This document shows, one piece after another, positions 19,768 through 30,364 of a DNA stretch of 64,000 nt. Below the pieces are notes generated by a model. It made no database searches and was not told where the DNA came from. It saw only the letters and a list, made by a program, of their open reading frames with translations. Numbering within the stretch: position 1 is the stretch's first letter; every line of letters starts with the position of its first letter. Made by a program: the position numbers and the translations under genes. Location: contig CAWEHR010000012.1 in NCBI GenBank assembly GCA_963808975.1, forward strand, positions 23,139 through 87,138. The letters run 5' to 3'. The DNA comes from an uncultured Gammaproteobacteria bacterium. Its GTDB lineage: Bacteria > Pseudomonadota > Gammaproteobacteria > Pseudomonadales > JAHEGP01.

Positions 19768-21240
19768 ATGTACTTACTCGCGATAGACCAGGGAACCACG
19801 TCATCCAGGGCAATAGTATTCAGTCACAGCGCCGAGATTCTCGGCGTGGGGCAGAAGGAGTTCCGCCAGTACTATCCGCAGGACGGCTGGGTAGAGCATG
19901 ATCCTGAAGAGATCTGGCAAACCACGCTCGATTCCATTGGCGCGGCAATTGACAATGCCGCGATCGATGCAGCCGATATCGCCTCTATCGGCATTACCAA
20001 TCAGCGGGAAACCACCCTGCTGTGGGATCGCGCCACCGGCAAGGCGGTGTATCCGGCCATTGTCTGGCAGGATCGGCGCACCGCGGATTATTGCGCGCGA
20101 CTGCGCAATGACGGCGCCGAGCCCGAGGTCCAGTCCGTTACCGGCCTGCTGCTCGACCCGTATTTTTCCGCCACCAAGATCAACTGGATTCTGGAAAACG
20201 TCAGTGGGGCCAGGAGTCGCGCCGAGCGCGGTGAGCTGGCTTTCGGTACGATCGACAGCTACCTGTTGTGGCGCTTGACCGGCGGTCGGGAGCACAGTAC
20301 CGATGCCAGCAATGCCAGCCGGACCTTACTGTTCGATCTCGAGAACCAGTGCTGGAGCGAGGATATGCTGCGGCTGTTCGACATTCCCGCTGCCATACTG
20401 CCGACGGTGAAGGACAGCAGCGATGATTTCGGTATCGCCCAAAGCGCCTTGCTGGGGGCCGATGTCGCGATCGGCGGCGTTGCCGGCGACCAGCACGCGG
20501 CGATCGTCGGTGAAGCCTGTTTTGCGCCGGGCCAGGGCAAGAGCACTTACGGCACGGGTTGCTTCATACTGCTCAATACCGGGGGCGATCTCGTTCGCTC
20601 GCAAAACCGGCTGCTCACCACCATGGCCTACCGGCTGAAGGGTGTGCCGACCTATGCGCTCGAGGGCTCGATCTTTATCGCCGGCGCCGCCATTCAATGG
20701 CTGCGCGACGGGCTGGGCATTATCTCAAGCTCTGATGCCACCGGGGACATCGCCCGCCAGCGGGCTAATTCCCGGGGGGTCTACATGGTGCCGGCTTTTA
20801 CCGGGCTGGGGGCGCCGCACTGGGATGCCGATGCACGGGGCGCGCTGCTTGGCCTCACCCGCGACAGTGACGTCACCGATATCGTGATCGCCGCGCTCGA
20901 GGCGGTCTGTTACCAGTCGCGGGATTTGCTTGAGGCAATGAAGGCGGATAACTGCCAACCGGCTGAACTGCGGGTCGATGGCGGCATGGCGAACAACGAC
21001 GTTTTCGTCCAGCGCCTCGCCGACATAACCGGTTTGACCGCGCTCCGGCCGCGGGTCACAGAAACCACTGCCCTTGGCGCTGCCTTCCTGGCCGGCCTGC
21101 AGGCCGGTGTCTACGGGGATTTGCAGCAAATCAGCGCCTTGTGGCAGGAGCATGGGCGCTTTACGCCGGCCATGCCCGAGGAGCAGCGCGAACAATACTA
21201 CCAGGGTTGGCTGCGTGCCCTTGAGAGGGTAAAAAGTTAG
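19768..21240 (+). CDS. glpK: Glycerol kinase
   Basis: [37 protein letters not shown]. Confidence 0.96.
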   Translation: MYLLAIDQGTTSSRAIVFSHSAEILGVGQKEFRQYYPQDGWVEHDPEEIWQTTLDSIGAAIDNAAIDAADIASIGITNQRETTLLWDRATGKAVYPAIVWQDRRTADYCARLRNDGAEPEVQSVTGLLLDPYFSATKINWILENVSGARSRAERGELAFGTIDSYLLWRLTGGREHSTDASNASRTLLFDLENQCWSEDMLRLFDIPAAILPTVKDSSDDFGIAQSALLGADVAIGGVAGDQHAAIVGEACFAPGQGKSTYGTGCFILLNTGGDLVRSQNRLLTTMAYRLKGVPTYALEGSIFIAGAAIQWLRDGLGIISSSDATGDIARQRANSRGVYMVPAFTGLGAPHWDADARGALLGLTRDSDVTDIVIAALEAVCYQSRDLLEAMKADNCQPAELRVDGGMANNDVFVQRLADITGLTALRPRVTETTALGAAFLAGLQAGVYGDLQQISALWQEHGRFTPAMPEEQREQYYQGWLRALERVKS

Positions 21241-21257
21241 TTAACAGGCAATATAAC

Positions 21258-22169
21258 TCAGGCACTGTGACTGAGCAGGAATTCGATCAGTGCCTTTTGC
21301 GCGTGTAGCCGGTTTTCGGCCTCCTGCCATATCACGCTGCTGTCGCTATCCATCAACCCGGCGGATATCTCTTCCCCGCGATGGGCGGGCAGGCAATGCA
21401 TGTAGAGCGCGTCGGTGGCAGCGACAGCCAGCAGAGCCTCGTTGAGCTGGTAACCGCAAAGTGCCTCCAGGCGCCGCTTCGATTCGGCTTCCTGGCCCAT
21501 GGAGGCCCAGACATCGGTGACCAGCAGGTGTGCGCCCCGGGCGGCTTCGGCGGGGTCGCGCAATACGCTGACCCGATCGGCGTTATCGGCGAGCAGATCG
21601 GCGTCGGGCTCATAGCCCTGGGGACACGCGACTTTCAATTCAAAATCAAACTGCCTGGCGGCATTGATATAGGATTGGCACATATTGTTGCCATCACCGA
21701 TCCAGGCTACGGTTTTGCCCTGGATGGCGCCGCGGTGCTCGACAAAAGTCTGCACATCGGCAAGCAGTTGGCAGGGGTGGTAGCTGTCGGTCAGGGCGTT
21801 GATGACCGGCACTGACGAGTACTGTGCGAAGCGCTCGATCTGCTCATGGCCGAAAGTGCGTACCATGAGGATATCGACCATGGAAGACAACACCCTGGCG
21901 CTATCCTCTATCGGTTCGCCGCGACCGAGTTGGGTATCCCGCGATGACAGGAACAAGGCGTGACCGCCTAGTTGTGCCATACCCGTTTCGAATGAGACCC
22001 GGGTGCGGGTGGAGGATTTCTCGAATACCATTCCCATGACATAGCCGACAAAGGGCTGGTAAAGCTGGCGCCGTCGCTGCATCGACTTCAGCTCGATCCC
22101 CCGGTTGATCAGGGATCGCAGTTCCTGCGGGCTGAAATCCATTAGCGTGAGGAAATGTCGGGGGTTCAT
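21258..22169 (-). CDS. argF: Ornithine carbamoyltransferase
   Basis: [23 protein letters not shown]. Confidence 0.97.
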   Translation of the reverse strand: MNPRHFLTLMDFSPQELRSLINRGIELKSMQRRRQLYQPFVGYVMGMVFEKSSTRTRVSFETGMAQLGGHALFLSSRDTQLGRGEPIEDSARVLSSMVDILMVRTFGHEQIERFAQYSSVPVINALTDSYHPCQLLADVQTFVEHRGAIQGKTVAWIGDGNNMCQSYINAARQFDFELKVACPQGYEPDADLLADNADRVSVLRDPAEAARGAHLLVTDVWASMGQEAESKRRLEALCGYQLNEALLAVAATDALYMHCLPAHRGEEISAGLMDSDSSVIWQEAENRLHAQKALIEFLLSHSA

Positions 22170-22241
22170 ATCGCTACTACACCTGTCCTGGAAATAATGA
22201 AGCCGCCGTGGCGGCCTGTTGCCCGGCTGTCAGCCAATGAT

Positions 22242-23435
22242 TCAGCCGGTACGGGCCTGCGAGCCTGCACCATGCTCGATGATTGCGGTTGCGACCCGCT
22301 CTATGAGGGTGTCAGCCTGAGCATCACTGAGTATTAGCGGTGGCAGCAGGCGTACGGTGTGATTACCGGTGACGTTGATAACAACCCCCCGGGCAAGGGC
22401 GGCCTCCACCAGGCCGGTGCAGTCGCTGGACAACTCGATACCGATCATCAGGCCTGCGCCGCGAATCTGCCGCAGGCACGGTGTTGACGCCAGTGCCTGT
22501 TGCAGGCCTTGCTTGATGCGCTCGCCCAACTCGGCAGCGCGTGCCGCCAGTTGCTGCTGCTCGATGGTATCGAGCACAGTGAGCGCAGTGCGGCACGCCA
22601 GCGGATTGCCGCCAAAGGTGGAGCCGTGATTGCCGGGCTGCAGCACATTGGCCGCCGCGCCCCTGGCCAGGCAGGCGCCAATGGGTACGCCGTTGCCCAG
22701 GCCCTTGGCCGTGGTAACCACATCGGGCAGTATGCCCTGCAACTGGTAGTTGAAGTAGGCGCCGGTACGGGCATTGCCGGTTTGCACCTCGTCGAGCATC
22801 AACAGCCAGCCCTGGGCGTCGCAGAGTTCGCGCACCGAGCGAATAAAGCCTGGCGGTGGCACGATGACTCCCGCCTCGCCCTGGATCGGCTCCAGCATGA
22901 GGGCAACGACCTGCTTGTTGTTGCGGGCAATGGTCTGCAGCGCGCCAAGGTCGCCATACGGGGCGCGAATGAATCCTTTAAGTAGCGGTTCGAAGCCGGC
23001 CTGGATCTTGCGACTGCCGGACGCCGACAGGGTCGCCATGGTGCGACCATGAAATGCCGATTCCATGACAATGACAGCGGGACTGTCGATGCCGGTGCGG
23101 TGTCCGTGCAAGCGGGCCAGCTTTATCGCGGCTTCATTGGCCTCGGCGCCGGAGTTGCAGAAGAAGGCCTTGTCCATTTGCGCCTGCTGGCACAGCCTGC
23201 TCGCCAGTTCGGTTTGCAGGCCGGACTGAAAGAGGTTGGAGACATGCAACAGTTTACTCGCCTGGTCTGCGATTGCGGCGGTAACCGCCGGGTGAGCGTG
23301 ACCGAGGCCGCAAACCGCGATCCCCGACAGGGCATCCAGGTAGGCGTTGCCCTGGTTGTCGAAAAGCCAGGGCCCTTCGCCGTGACTGAACTCGATATCC
23401 AGCCGGGCGTAGGTATTCATCACTGCGGTATTCAT
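22242..23435 (-). CDS. argD: Acetylornithine aminotransferase
   Basis: NSGAEANE, FHGRT, DEVQTG, TTAKGL, HGSTFGGNP; upstream of argF. Confidence 0.93.
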   Translation of the reverse strand: MNTAVMNTYARLDIEFSHGEGPWLFDNQGNAYLDALSGIAVCGLGHAHPAVTAAIADQASKLLHVSNLFQSGLQTELASRLCQQAQMDKAFFCNSGAEANEAAIKLARLHGHRTGIDSPAVIVMESAFHGRTMATLSASGSRKIQAGFEPLLKGFIRAPYGDLGALQTIARNNKQVVALMLEPIQGEAGVIVPPPGFIRSVRELCDAQGWLLMLDEVQTGNARTGAYFNYQLQGILPDVVTTAKGLGNGVPIGACLARGAAANVLQPGNHGSTFGGNPLACRTALTVLDTIEQQQLAARAAELGERIKQGLQQALASTPCLRQIRGAGLMIGIELSSDCTGLVEAALARGVVINVTGNHTVRLLPPLILSDAQADTLIERVATAIIEHGAGSQARTG

Positions 23436-23538
23436 GGTCGTGCCTGTCCTATAAACGCAAAAAGGCAGCCGCTCGCTGCCCTGGAAAAATCCGGAACTAT
23501 AAAGCGATTGACTGCGTTTGGCAAACGATTAATGTAGG

Positions 23539-25155
23539 GTGCTTGCAGACGCCGCTAAGGGTGATTCCGCGTTCAGTGCAAGCGAGGGGAGGGGACCGAT
23601 TAACGCCATAGAATTGGGTATATTTTCCAGCCGACTCGAGTCGGTCTGCGATGAAATGGGGGCGGTGCTGCGGCGGGCGGCATTCTCTCCCAACATCAAG
23701 GACAGGCTCGACTATTCTTGTGCCGTTTTCGATGCCAGCGGTCAACTGTGCGCCCAGGCGGCGCATATACCGGTGCACCTGGGCAGCATGGCCTATGCCA
23801 TGGCTGGCATTGTTGGTCGCCTGCAGTGGCGGCCCGGGGACATGGTGGTGCTCAACGATCCGTTCCTTGGCGGTACCCACCTGCCCGACGTTACCATGGT
23901 AGCCCCGGTATTCGCAGCGGGAAAGCTGCTGGGCTTTGTCGCCAACCGCGCCCACCATGCCAACATCGGTGCTGACTCACCGGGCTCGATGCCGCTGTCC
24001 ACGCGTATCGAGCAGGAGGGCGTGCTGCTTTCGCCCAGCTTTTTACTGCGGGAGGGCGCTTACCAGGCTGACGTGGTTGCCCGCCTCGGCGCCATCGAAG
24101 GCGTTACCGGCGATCAACTGGGGGGCGATTTCGAGGCGCAGATAAGCGCCAACCGAACCGGTGTCGAGCGCCTGGGACAATTGCTCGACGGCGTCGGTGC
24201 GCAGGTGTTCTGCGCTTCGCTGGAAGCCTTGAACGCCTATGCCGAGCGCCTGGCGCGGGTTGAGTATGCGCGCATACCCGATGGCCAGTGGGGCTTCAGT
24301 GAGCTGATGGATGACGATGGTGCCGGGACCCTGGATGTGATTATCGCCGTCACGATAAGCGTATCCGGCAGTGACATCGAGGTCGATTTCAGCGGTACCT
24401 CGAAGCAGGTGCCGGGCAATATCAACTGTCCCCTGGCGGTGGCCGCCGCTGCGGTGTTCTATGTGTTTCGCTGCCTGCTGCCGGACTACACCCCGGGCAG
24501 CGCCGGGGCGTTTCGTCCCATCACGCTGCGCGCCGAGCCCGGCAGCCTGGTGAACGCCGTCTACCCCGCGGCGGTGGCGGCCGGGAATGTCGAAACCTCG
24601 ACCCGTATTGTCGATGCGGTTCTGGGGGCCCTGGCGCCGGCCCTGCCGCAACGCATTCCGGCAGCCAGCCATGGCAGCATGAACAATATTGCCATGGGCG
24701 CCAGGGGCGAGGAGCGCTGGGACTATTACGAGACGGTGGGGGGTGGCATGGGTGCCTCCAGCCGTGGCGACGGGCCCAGTGCGGTGCAGACGCACATGAC
24801 CAATACCTTCAACACGCCGATCGAGAGTCTCGAGACCCACTACCCGCTGCGAGTGCGGCGCTACTGTATCCGGCGCGGGTCAGGTGGTGGCGGGAGGCAT
24901 CGTGGTGGCGATGGCCTGGAGCGTGAACTGGAGTTTCTGTCCGCGGCCGAGGTCAGCTTGCTGACCGAGCGCCGCCGGCATGCACCCTGGGGTTTAGCGG
25001 GTGGAGACGATGGTAGCGCCGGCGAAAACCGCCTCAACGGTGCTGTTTTGCCAGCCAAATGCTCGTTCAGCGTCAGCGCCGGCGATCGCCTGCTGATTGC
25101 CAGCGCCGGCGGAGGCGGCTGGGGGGCCGTTTCGGCGAAGCCTAAAACCAAGTGA
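23539..25155 (+). CDS. Hydantoinase B/5-oxoprolinase family protein
   Basis: SPNIKDRLDYSC, HIPVHLG, GGTHLPD, RAHHAN, GGGGWG. Confidence 0.92.
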   Translation: MLADAAKGDSAFSASEGRGPINAIELGIFSSRLESVCDEMGAVLRRAAFSPNIKDRLDYSCAVFDASGQLCAQAAHIPVHLGSMAYAMAGIVGRLQWRPGDMVVLNDPFLGGTHLPDVTMVAPVFAAGKLLGFVANRAHHANIGADSPGSMPLSTRIEQEGVLLSPSFLLREGAYQADVVARLGAIEGVTGDQLGGDFEAQISANRTGVERLGQLLDGVGAQVFCASLEALNAYAERLARVEYARIPDGQWGFSELMDDDGAGTLDVIIAVTISVSGSDIEVDFSGTSKQVPGNINCPLAVAAAAVFYVFRCLLPDYTPGSAGAFRPITLRAEPGSLVNAVYPAAVAAGNVETSTRIVDAVLGALAPALPQRIPAASHGSMNNIAMGARGEERWDYYETVGGGMGASSRGDGPSAVQTHMTNTFNTPIESLETHYPLRVRRYCIRRGSGGGGRHRGGDGLERELEFLSAAEVSLLTERRRHAPWGLAGGDDGSAGENRLNGAVLPAKCSFSVSAGDRLLIASAGGGGWGAVSAKPKTK

Positions 25156-25233
25156 AATAGTCGGGAATACGATTGTCATTTCTGCTACAGTACCGGATTA
25201 CGTAAATTGGAAGGGGAAGAGATAGAGCGTCCT

Positions 25234-25584
25234 ATGGAAATCGTTGAAGTCATCAAAGAGCAGATCGAAAACAACCCGGTCATTCTGTACATGAAAGGGG
25301 CCCCGAATGCACCCCAGTGCGGTTTTTCAGCGCGCACCGTGCAGGCGGTCATGGCATGCGGCGAGCGCTTCGCCTACGTCGACATCCTTTCCCACCCTGA
25401 AATCCGCGCCGCGTTACCCGGCTATGCCAACTGGCCGACGTTTCCGCAATTGTGGGTCAATGGCGAGCTGATTGGCGGCTGCGACATCGTTACCGAGATG
25501 TACGATAGTGGCGAGTTACAGCCCCTGATCAAGGAGGCTGCGGCTGCATCGCAAGCCAGCCAGGACGATACCCAGGCCGGCTAG
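25234..25584 (+). CDS. grxD: Monothiol glutaredoxin Grx4
   Basis: CGFS, WPTFPQL, GGCD. Confidence 0.97.
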   Translation: MEIVEVIKEQIENNPVILYMKGAPNAPQCGFSARTVQAVMACGERFAYVDILSHPEIRAALPGYANWPTFPQLWVNGELIGGCDIVTEMYDSGELQPLIKEAAAASQASQDDTQAG

Positions 25585-25647
25585 CTACCAGAAGCCCGGT
25601 AACCCGGGCCGAGCCCGCCAAGTCGCGGTCACAGCAGTCACCCAGGC

Positions 25648-25740
25648 GTGAATACCATTGCCAACTAGCTGGGCATTCATCACTCCACCGTCGATCGCGT
25701 CCTCGCCCGGGCCGGCATGCCCAAGGCCGAGCGCGCGCCG
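25648..25740 (+). mobile_element. IS21-family transposase (IstA) N-terminal HTH remnant
   Basis: Reads VNTIAN*LGIHHSTVDRVLARAGMPKAERA with an in-frame stop; recognised by resemblance to IstA N-termini. Confidence 0.6.
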
Positions 25741-26124
25741 GTGGATGGCTATCCTGATTACTTTGCTCTGGGTTATTGGTGTGGCCATCAACTTCCTGTT
25801 GCCCGGCAATCTGACGTTTAGCGAAGTCTTCGCCGTCAAGCGGCACGTTACGTTTTGGGGCGAGGAATACTTCTAACGAAGCGAATCGTGCTGCTCGAGT
25901 TGGCGCAAGGTGAGGGCCATCAACAACGCCCATGTCAGCAAGGGGCGCTCCGGCACCAGCCCGAACGCCAGCAATTGAACTATCGGGGTAAAAGAAAACA
26001 CGATAACTGCAATAAGGGTCTTGGCTTTGCTGCCACCTTACATACGGCAGCAAATGAGATACAACAAATAGCAGCAGAATAAATACAGCACAGCTGCCGG
26101 AAGGCGGATGGTGAACACACTGAG

Positions 26125-26220
26125 TCCCAACGGGCGTAAAGCCCGTAGTGCGCCTCATCGACGCTGAGATCCACGGTTGGGCAATAGGCAAATGTAATAA
26201 GGCGATGCCGAGGGATTATT
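26125..26220 (-). pseudogene. Fragment of ArnT/GT39-like glycosyltransferase N-terminus
   Basis: VDLSVDEAHYGLYA resembles the DEAxY motif of that family; no continuation. Confidence 0.35.
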
Positions 26221-26250
26221 GGCCGCTCTGGTCTTGGCGGTAGTGGTGGC

Positions 26251-26632
26251 CTTCATCATTGACGCCAACGGCCATGTCTGGGCAAAGAATATGAAGCGCG
26301 TCGGGGGGAGATTCTGGGCCGTAGCGCAAAGTGAGGACAAGCGACTATCCGATGGGTCTTGCCGGAATCTGCACAAGCGTTACCGGGGCATTCTGACACC
26401 CGGCGAGAAAGAGTTTCCGGCGATACCGGAGTGAGGCCAAGGTCACGGGGTAAAATAGCTAAGTCGGACTCGCACAACCTGCGGGAGCAACTCAAGGAAC
26501 ACGAGGACGCGGTATTGTTTTCGCTAAAGATGACAGCGCAGCCTTCACCAACAACCGAGCCGAGCGGGGCCTGCGCATGGCCAAGGACAAACAGAAAGTC
26601 TCAGGCTGTTTCAGAAACAGCCAATATGCCGG
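26251..26632 (+). mobile_element. IS66-family transposase remnant (frameshifted)
   Basis: Across frames: KRYRGILT.GEKE, RGKIAKSDSHNL...EHEDAVL, FTNNRAERGLRMAK.KQKVSGCFR (TNN.AER.LR motif). Confidence 0.8.
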
Positions 26633-26877
26633 CTAGGTCCTAGGGCCAATATTCATCCCTTCTTCGAAGTGTTATCAATACAGCTCGATTCGCAAGTGGG
26701 CGGGCGGGCAGGCCCTCCTGGATGCAAATTCGTCTGCGGTTCTGCCCACTTCGGCTCGTGGATGTCCCGCACAAACTTACATGGCTGGGTTGCGGTCGAT
26801 AGGAGAGGACTTTAACCATGACGCTCAAAATGGTCTCCGGTTTCTAGGTTCTGGCCCTGCTTTTTGTCAGCAAAACC

Positions 26878-27273
26878 ATGGCGCAGGATAAACCCAATAG
26901 CCTGATCATCTGGGGTGATGACATCGGCTGGTCCGACGTCAGTGCTTACAACGACGGCATGACAGGTTACAGGACGCCCAACATAGACCGCATCGGCAAA
27001 GAGGTTATGCGCTTCACCGATTCCTGTGGCCAGAACAGCTGCACGGCGGGTCGCGCCGCATTTATTGGCGGCCAGAGCCCGTTTCGCATGGGCCTGCTGA
27101 AAGTGGGGCTGCCGGGTGCAACGGAAGGGCTGAGCGAGAAAGATCCGACGCTCGGTGGCTTGCTCAAGGACCAGGGCTATGTGACGGGCCAATTCGGCAA
27201 GAATCACCACGATGACCGCGATGAGCACCTGCCCACCAACCACGGTTTCGATGAGTTCGTTGGCAATCTATAG
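26878..27273 (+). pseudogene. Arylsulfatase N-terminal fragment
   Basis: DDIGWSD, CTAGRAAF (CxxxR), GKNH, HGFDEF; stops after 131 aa. Confidence 0.85.
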
Positions 27274-27499
27274 TGAGAGCGAACAAAATATCTGAGGGCT
27301 TTCCCCCAGATTCTGGACACATTCTGTGATGGAGTAGGAAGAACCCCCTCAAATAATTTGCAGATTATCCGAGGGGGCTGTCTCCTTTGTGCCTCGCCAA
27401 AAGTACTGGGGAGACGTCGATAGTGTGTCACGCATTTCTTTCCGATCCCAGATTTTATCGCCTGCTTTTTCACATGGATCAGGATCTGGCCCGCATCGT

Positions 27500-28108
27500 C
27501 CGGCGGCTGAAACTGGTGGTCAACCGCGCCAAGAGCCGCTGCACCCAGCTGAAATTCTGTGAGTTCCTCGGCTACGCCCTGGACCGCAGGGGAGGCTGGT
27601 GTGGACGGACAAGGCGCTGCACCGCTTCAAGGAGCGGGTGCGTGAAATCACCCGACGCAACCGGGGACATCGCGTGCAGGACGTCATCGACGAACTGCGC
27701 CTGTATGTCCGCGGCTGGCTCAACTACTACAAGCTCAGTTGCACCTACACGGTCATGGTGCTGGACTTGCGGAGTGGGTCAGGCGGCGGGTGAGGTTGTA
27801 CTACTGGAAGCAATGGAAGCAGCCGCGCACGCGCCGCCGCAATCTGATCGCGCTGGGCATCAGATCCCGGCAGACGGTGCACATGGCGACGCGGAGCCGC
27901 AAAGGCTACTGGCGGATGAGCCAGAACGCGCTTGTGCGACACGCGCTGAACAACCGTTGGCTTGAAGAACAAGGAGTGCCGGACATGAGAGCCGTCTGGA
28001 TCAATCTTCACTACGGGCCAAAGGCCCGAGTCTGATCGGAACCGCCCTGTACGGAGCCGCACGCAGGGTGGTGTGGGACCGGGGAGCTAACCACTCCCCG
28101 GGACCCGA
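27500..28108 (+). mobile_element. 5'-truncated, frameshifted group II intron (class IIC-like): end of RT, maturase X domain, domains V-VI
   Basis: LKLVVNRAKS, EFLGY, RGWLNYY, RRRVRLYYWKQWK in three frames; DV GAACCGCCCTGTACGGAGCCGCACGCAGGGTGGTGT at 28039 (CGC triad); DVI GGGGAG...CTCCCC..ACCCGA. Confidence 0.9.
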
Positions 28109-28126
28109 AAAAAAAAAAAAAAAAAA
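28108..28126 (+). repeat. 19-nt poly(A) tract
   Basis: Counted directly; abuts the intron 3' end. Confidence 0.95.
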
Positions 28127-28374
28127 CTGTCTGGGTTACCTGCCGACAGGGGATCTGCCGCCTGGGCCTCCAGTATCGGCGCGATGCCGTTGAACGCCTG
28201 CCCTTCCACAGTGCAGGCGCGCACATCTTCTCTTTCGGCCGTTTGGGTTTGGAGCAGGGCTTCGGTGACGCCGCGGCCAAAACTGGTGCAGCCGCTTGCG
28301 CTCAGGAGCATCAGCGCAACACCCAGGATGCGGGCCCGCCGCGGCAAATGTATTCGATTAATGGCTTGGTCCAT
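28127..28374 (-). pseudogene. Lipoprotein gene truncated at the poly(A)/intron junction
   Basis: Lipobox ASGC after a hydrophobic signal; frame runs into poly-Phe at the tract. Confidence 0.65.
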
Positions 28375-28696
28375 TCCAGCTTGTGCGGCAGATACTACAG
28401 GTCCGGGCCTCGCGGTTCAGCGTCGGTGGAACTGCTGATCACTTTCGCAACTCCAACTGGATGTGGCAACAACCCAGTGGCCAGATTTTTGCTGGGGAGA
28501 GAGCGAGAAGAAAGTGCTGGGGGATTGCAATCTACTGTTGGAAACAACACCCAGGGGGTGGCGGGGAGATGCAGGGATTGCAGCGAGCAAGTGCCGCGGC
28601 GGGCACTGCCTGCGAATTCAACAAGGCGATCGGAGGTGGTCCCTCGCAGCCCGGTCGCCCAACGCGCTGGTCAAGGCCGGACTCCTGGGCCGGGGA

Positions 28697-29167
28697 TCAA
28701 GCCCCCATTTTGCTTTGCTGGTAGTTTTCCAGGCCAACCTTTTCGATCAGTTCCAGCTGGGTTTCCAGCCAGTCGACATGCTCTTCCTCTGAATCGAGGA
28801 TGCTGCAAAACAGGTCCCGACTGACATAATCGCGCACCGACTCACAGTACTCGATTGCATCCCTGAGGTCGGGAATCGCCACCATCTCCAGCCTGAGATC
28901 GCACTGGAGCATTTCCCGGGTATTCTCACCAACCAGCAATTTTCCCAGGTCCTGCAGGTTGGGTAACCCCTGCAGAAACAGGATGCGCTCGATCAACTGG
29001 TCGGCGTGCTTCATCTCGTCGATCGACTCGTGGTACTCGTGTTCCGCCAGTTCCTTGAGGCCCCAGTCCTTGTACATGCGTGAATGCAGAAAATACTGGT
29101 TGATGGCGACCAGCTCGTTGCCCAGGACCTTATTGAGATGTTCGATAACCTTGGTGTCGCCCTGCAT
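28697..29167 (-). CDS. bfr: Bacterioferritin
   Basis: [31 protein letters not shown]. Confidence 0.98.
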   Translation of the reverse strand: MQGDTKVIEHLNKVLGNELVAINQYFLHSRMYKDWGLKELAEHEYHESIDEMKHADQLIERILFLQGLPNLQDLGKLLVGENTREMLQCDLRLEMVAIPDLRDAIEYCESVRDYVSRDLFCSILDSEEEHVDWLETQLELIEKVGLENYQQSKMGA

Positions 29168-29265
29168 GATGATTCTCCGGCGCGGGAAGGGGAGTTTGGT
29201 ATGTTGGGATTGTGCCGGGATGACCCCTTGCAGTCAAGTTAACTGCTTGATTGTTAAGGCAATAT

Positions 29266-29284
29266 GAGAATGAAAGGCATTCGC
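29266..29284. promoter_or_regulatory. Putative Fur box upstream of bfr
   Basis: GAGAATGAAAGGCATTCGC, 13/19 to GATAATGATAATCATTATC. Confidence 0.5.
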
Positions 29285-29372
29285 ATCAGGCCCGGGTCGG
29301 CGTGCTGGTCGCGCCTTTCTCGGGGGCGGGTCCAGGGTCGGGCGCAAGGCCCGCCGGCGGGGGAGCGGGCGG

Positions 29373-29570
29373 CTAGCCGGCGGCGTAATACAGGTCCTGC
29401 CTGGTGTCGCCCATGGACTCGTTGATGACAGTGTCTGCCAGGCACGCACACTTGCCGCACTTGCTGGCCACGCCCAACAGGCTGCGGACTTCGTCAAGCG
29501 TGGCGGCGCCGTCGCTCACGGCGTCGCGGATCTGGGTATCGGTGACAGCATTACAAACGCATATGTACAT
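29373..29570 (-). CDS. bfd: Bacterioferritin-associated ferredoxin
   Basis: MYICVCNAVT...CGKC; adjacent to bfr. Confidence 0.95.
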   Translation of the reverse strand: MYICVCNAVTDTQIRDAVSDGAATLDEVRSLLGVASKCGKCACLADTVINESMGDTRQDLYYAAG

Positions 29571-29603
29571 AGATCAACCTCATGCTCTTTGACAGCAGTC
29601 TAC

Positions 29604-29622
29604 GCAAATGCGAATGATTGTC
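29604..29622. promoter_or_regulatory. Putative Fur box upstream of bfd
   Basis: GCAAATGCGAATGATTGTC, 13/19 to consensus; bfd is commonly Fur-repressed. Confidence 0.6.
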
Positions 29623-29695
29623 AATTAGGTTTGGGGTTGATTTGCAATAACTATTACCGGTGACGCGACGCTGCGGGTGTGCCGCCGCGCTGTGG

Positions 29696-30364
29696 TCACG
29701 GTTGCCAGCCACCGAATTCGTGCCAGCGGTTGATAATGTCGCAGAAAAGCTCGGCGGTTCTTGCCGCGTCGTAGTCGGCGGCGTGAGCCGACTGGGAGTC
29801 GAACTCGATCGATGCCGCGGCGCAGGCCTTGGCCAGCACGGTCTGGCCGAACGCCAGTGCTGCCAGCGACACGGTGTCCAGGGTGGAGAAGGGGTGAAAG
29901 GGGTTGCGCTTGATATCGCAGCGTTGGGTCGCGCGCAGCAGGAAGCTGTGGTCGAAATTGGCATTGTGGCCAACCAGGATCGCCCGGGTACAGCCCTCGG
30001 TTTTCACCGCCCGCCGCACATGCTTGAACAGGTCGTGCAGGGCGTTATCCTCGGTCACCGCGTGGCGCTCTTCCGCATACGGGTCGATGCCGTTGAACTC
30101 CAGCGCGGCGAGTTCGAGATTGGCGCCGGTAAAGGGCTTGATCTCATAGAAAAGGCTTTTATAAGGCTGCAGGTAGCCCTGGGAGTCCATGCCGATCAGT
30201 ACCGCACCAATCTGCAGTATGGCATCGGTGTCGGCGTTGAAACCGGCGGTCTCGATATCGAGCACCACCGGCAGGAAACCACGAAAGCGCAGTGCCAGGG
30301 GCGAGCGCAGGGCTTTTTCGTCCGGGTCCACATAAGCGTCCCTGTCGAATATTTTCTTGTTCAT
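29696..30364 (-). CDS. rnt: Ribonuclease T
   Basis: [37 protein letters not shown]. Confidence 0.96.
   Translation of the reverse strand: MNKKIFDRDAYVDPDEKALRSPLALRFRGFLPVVLDIETAGFNADTDAILQIGAVLIGMDSQGYLQPYKSLFYEIKPFTGANLELAALEFNGIDPYAEERHAVTEDNALHDLFKHVRRAVKTEGCTRAILVGHNANFDHSFLLRATQRCDIKRNPFHPFSTLDTVSLAALAFGQTVLAKACAAASIEFDSQSAHAADYDAARTAELFCDIINRWHEFGGWQP

Noticed and set aside
27500-28035. Retron, DGR or defence-associated reverse transcriptase
   Set aside because: The maturase X domain followed by domains V-VI identifies a group II intron; the catalytic RT core is absent.
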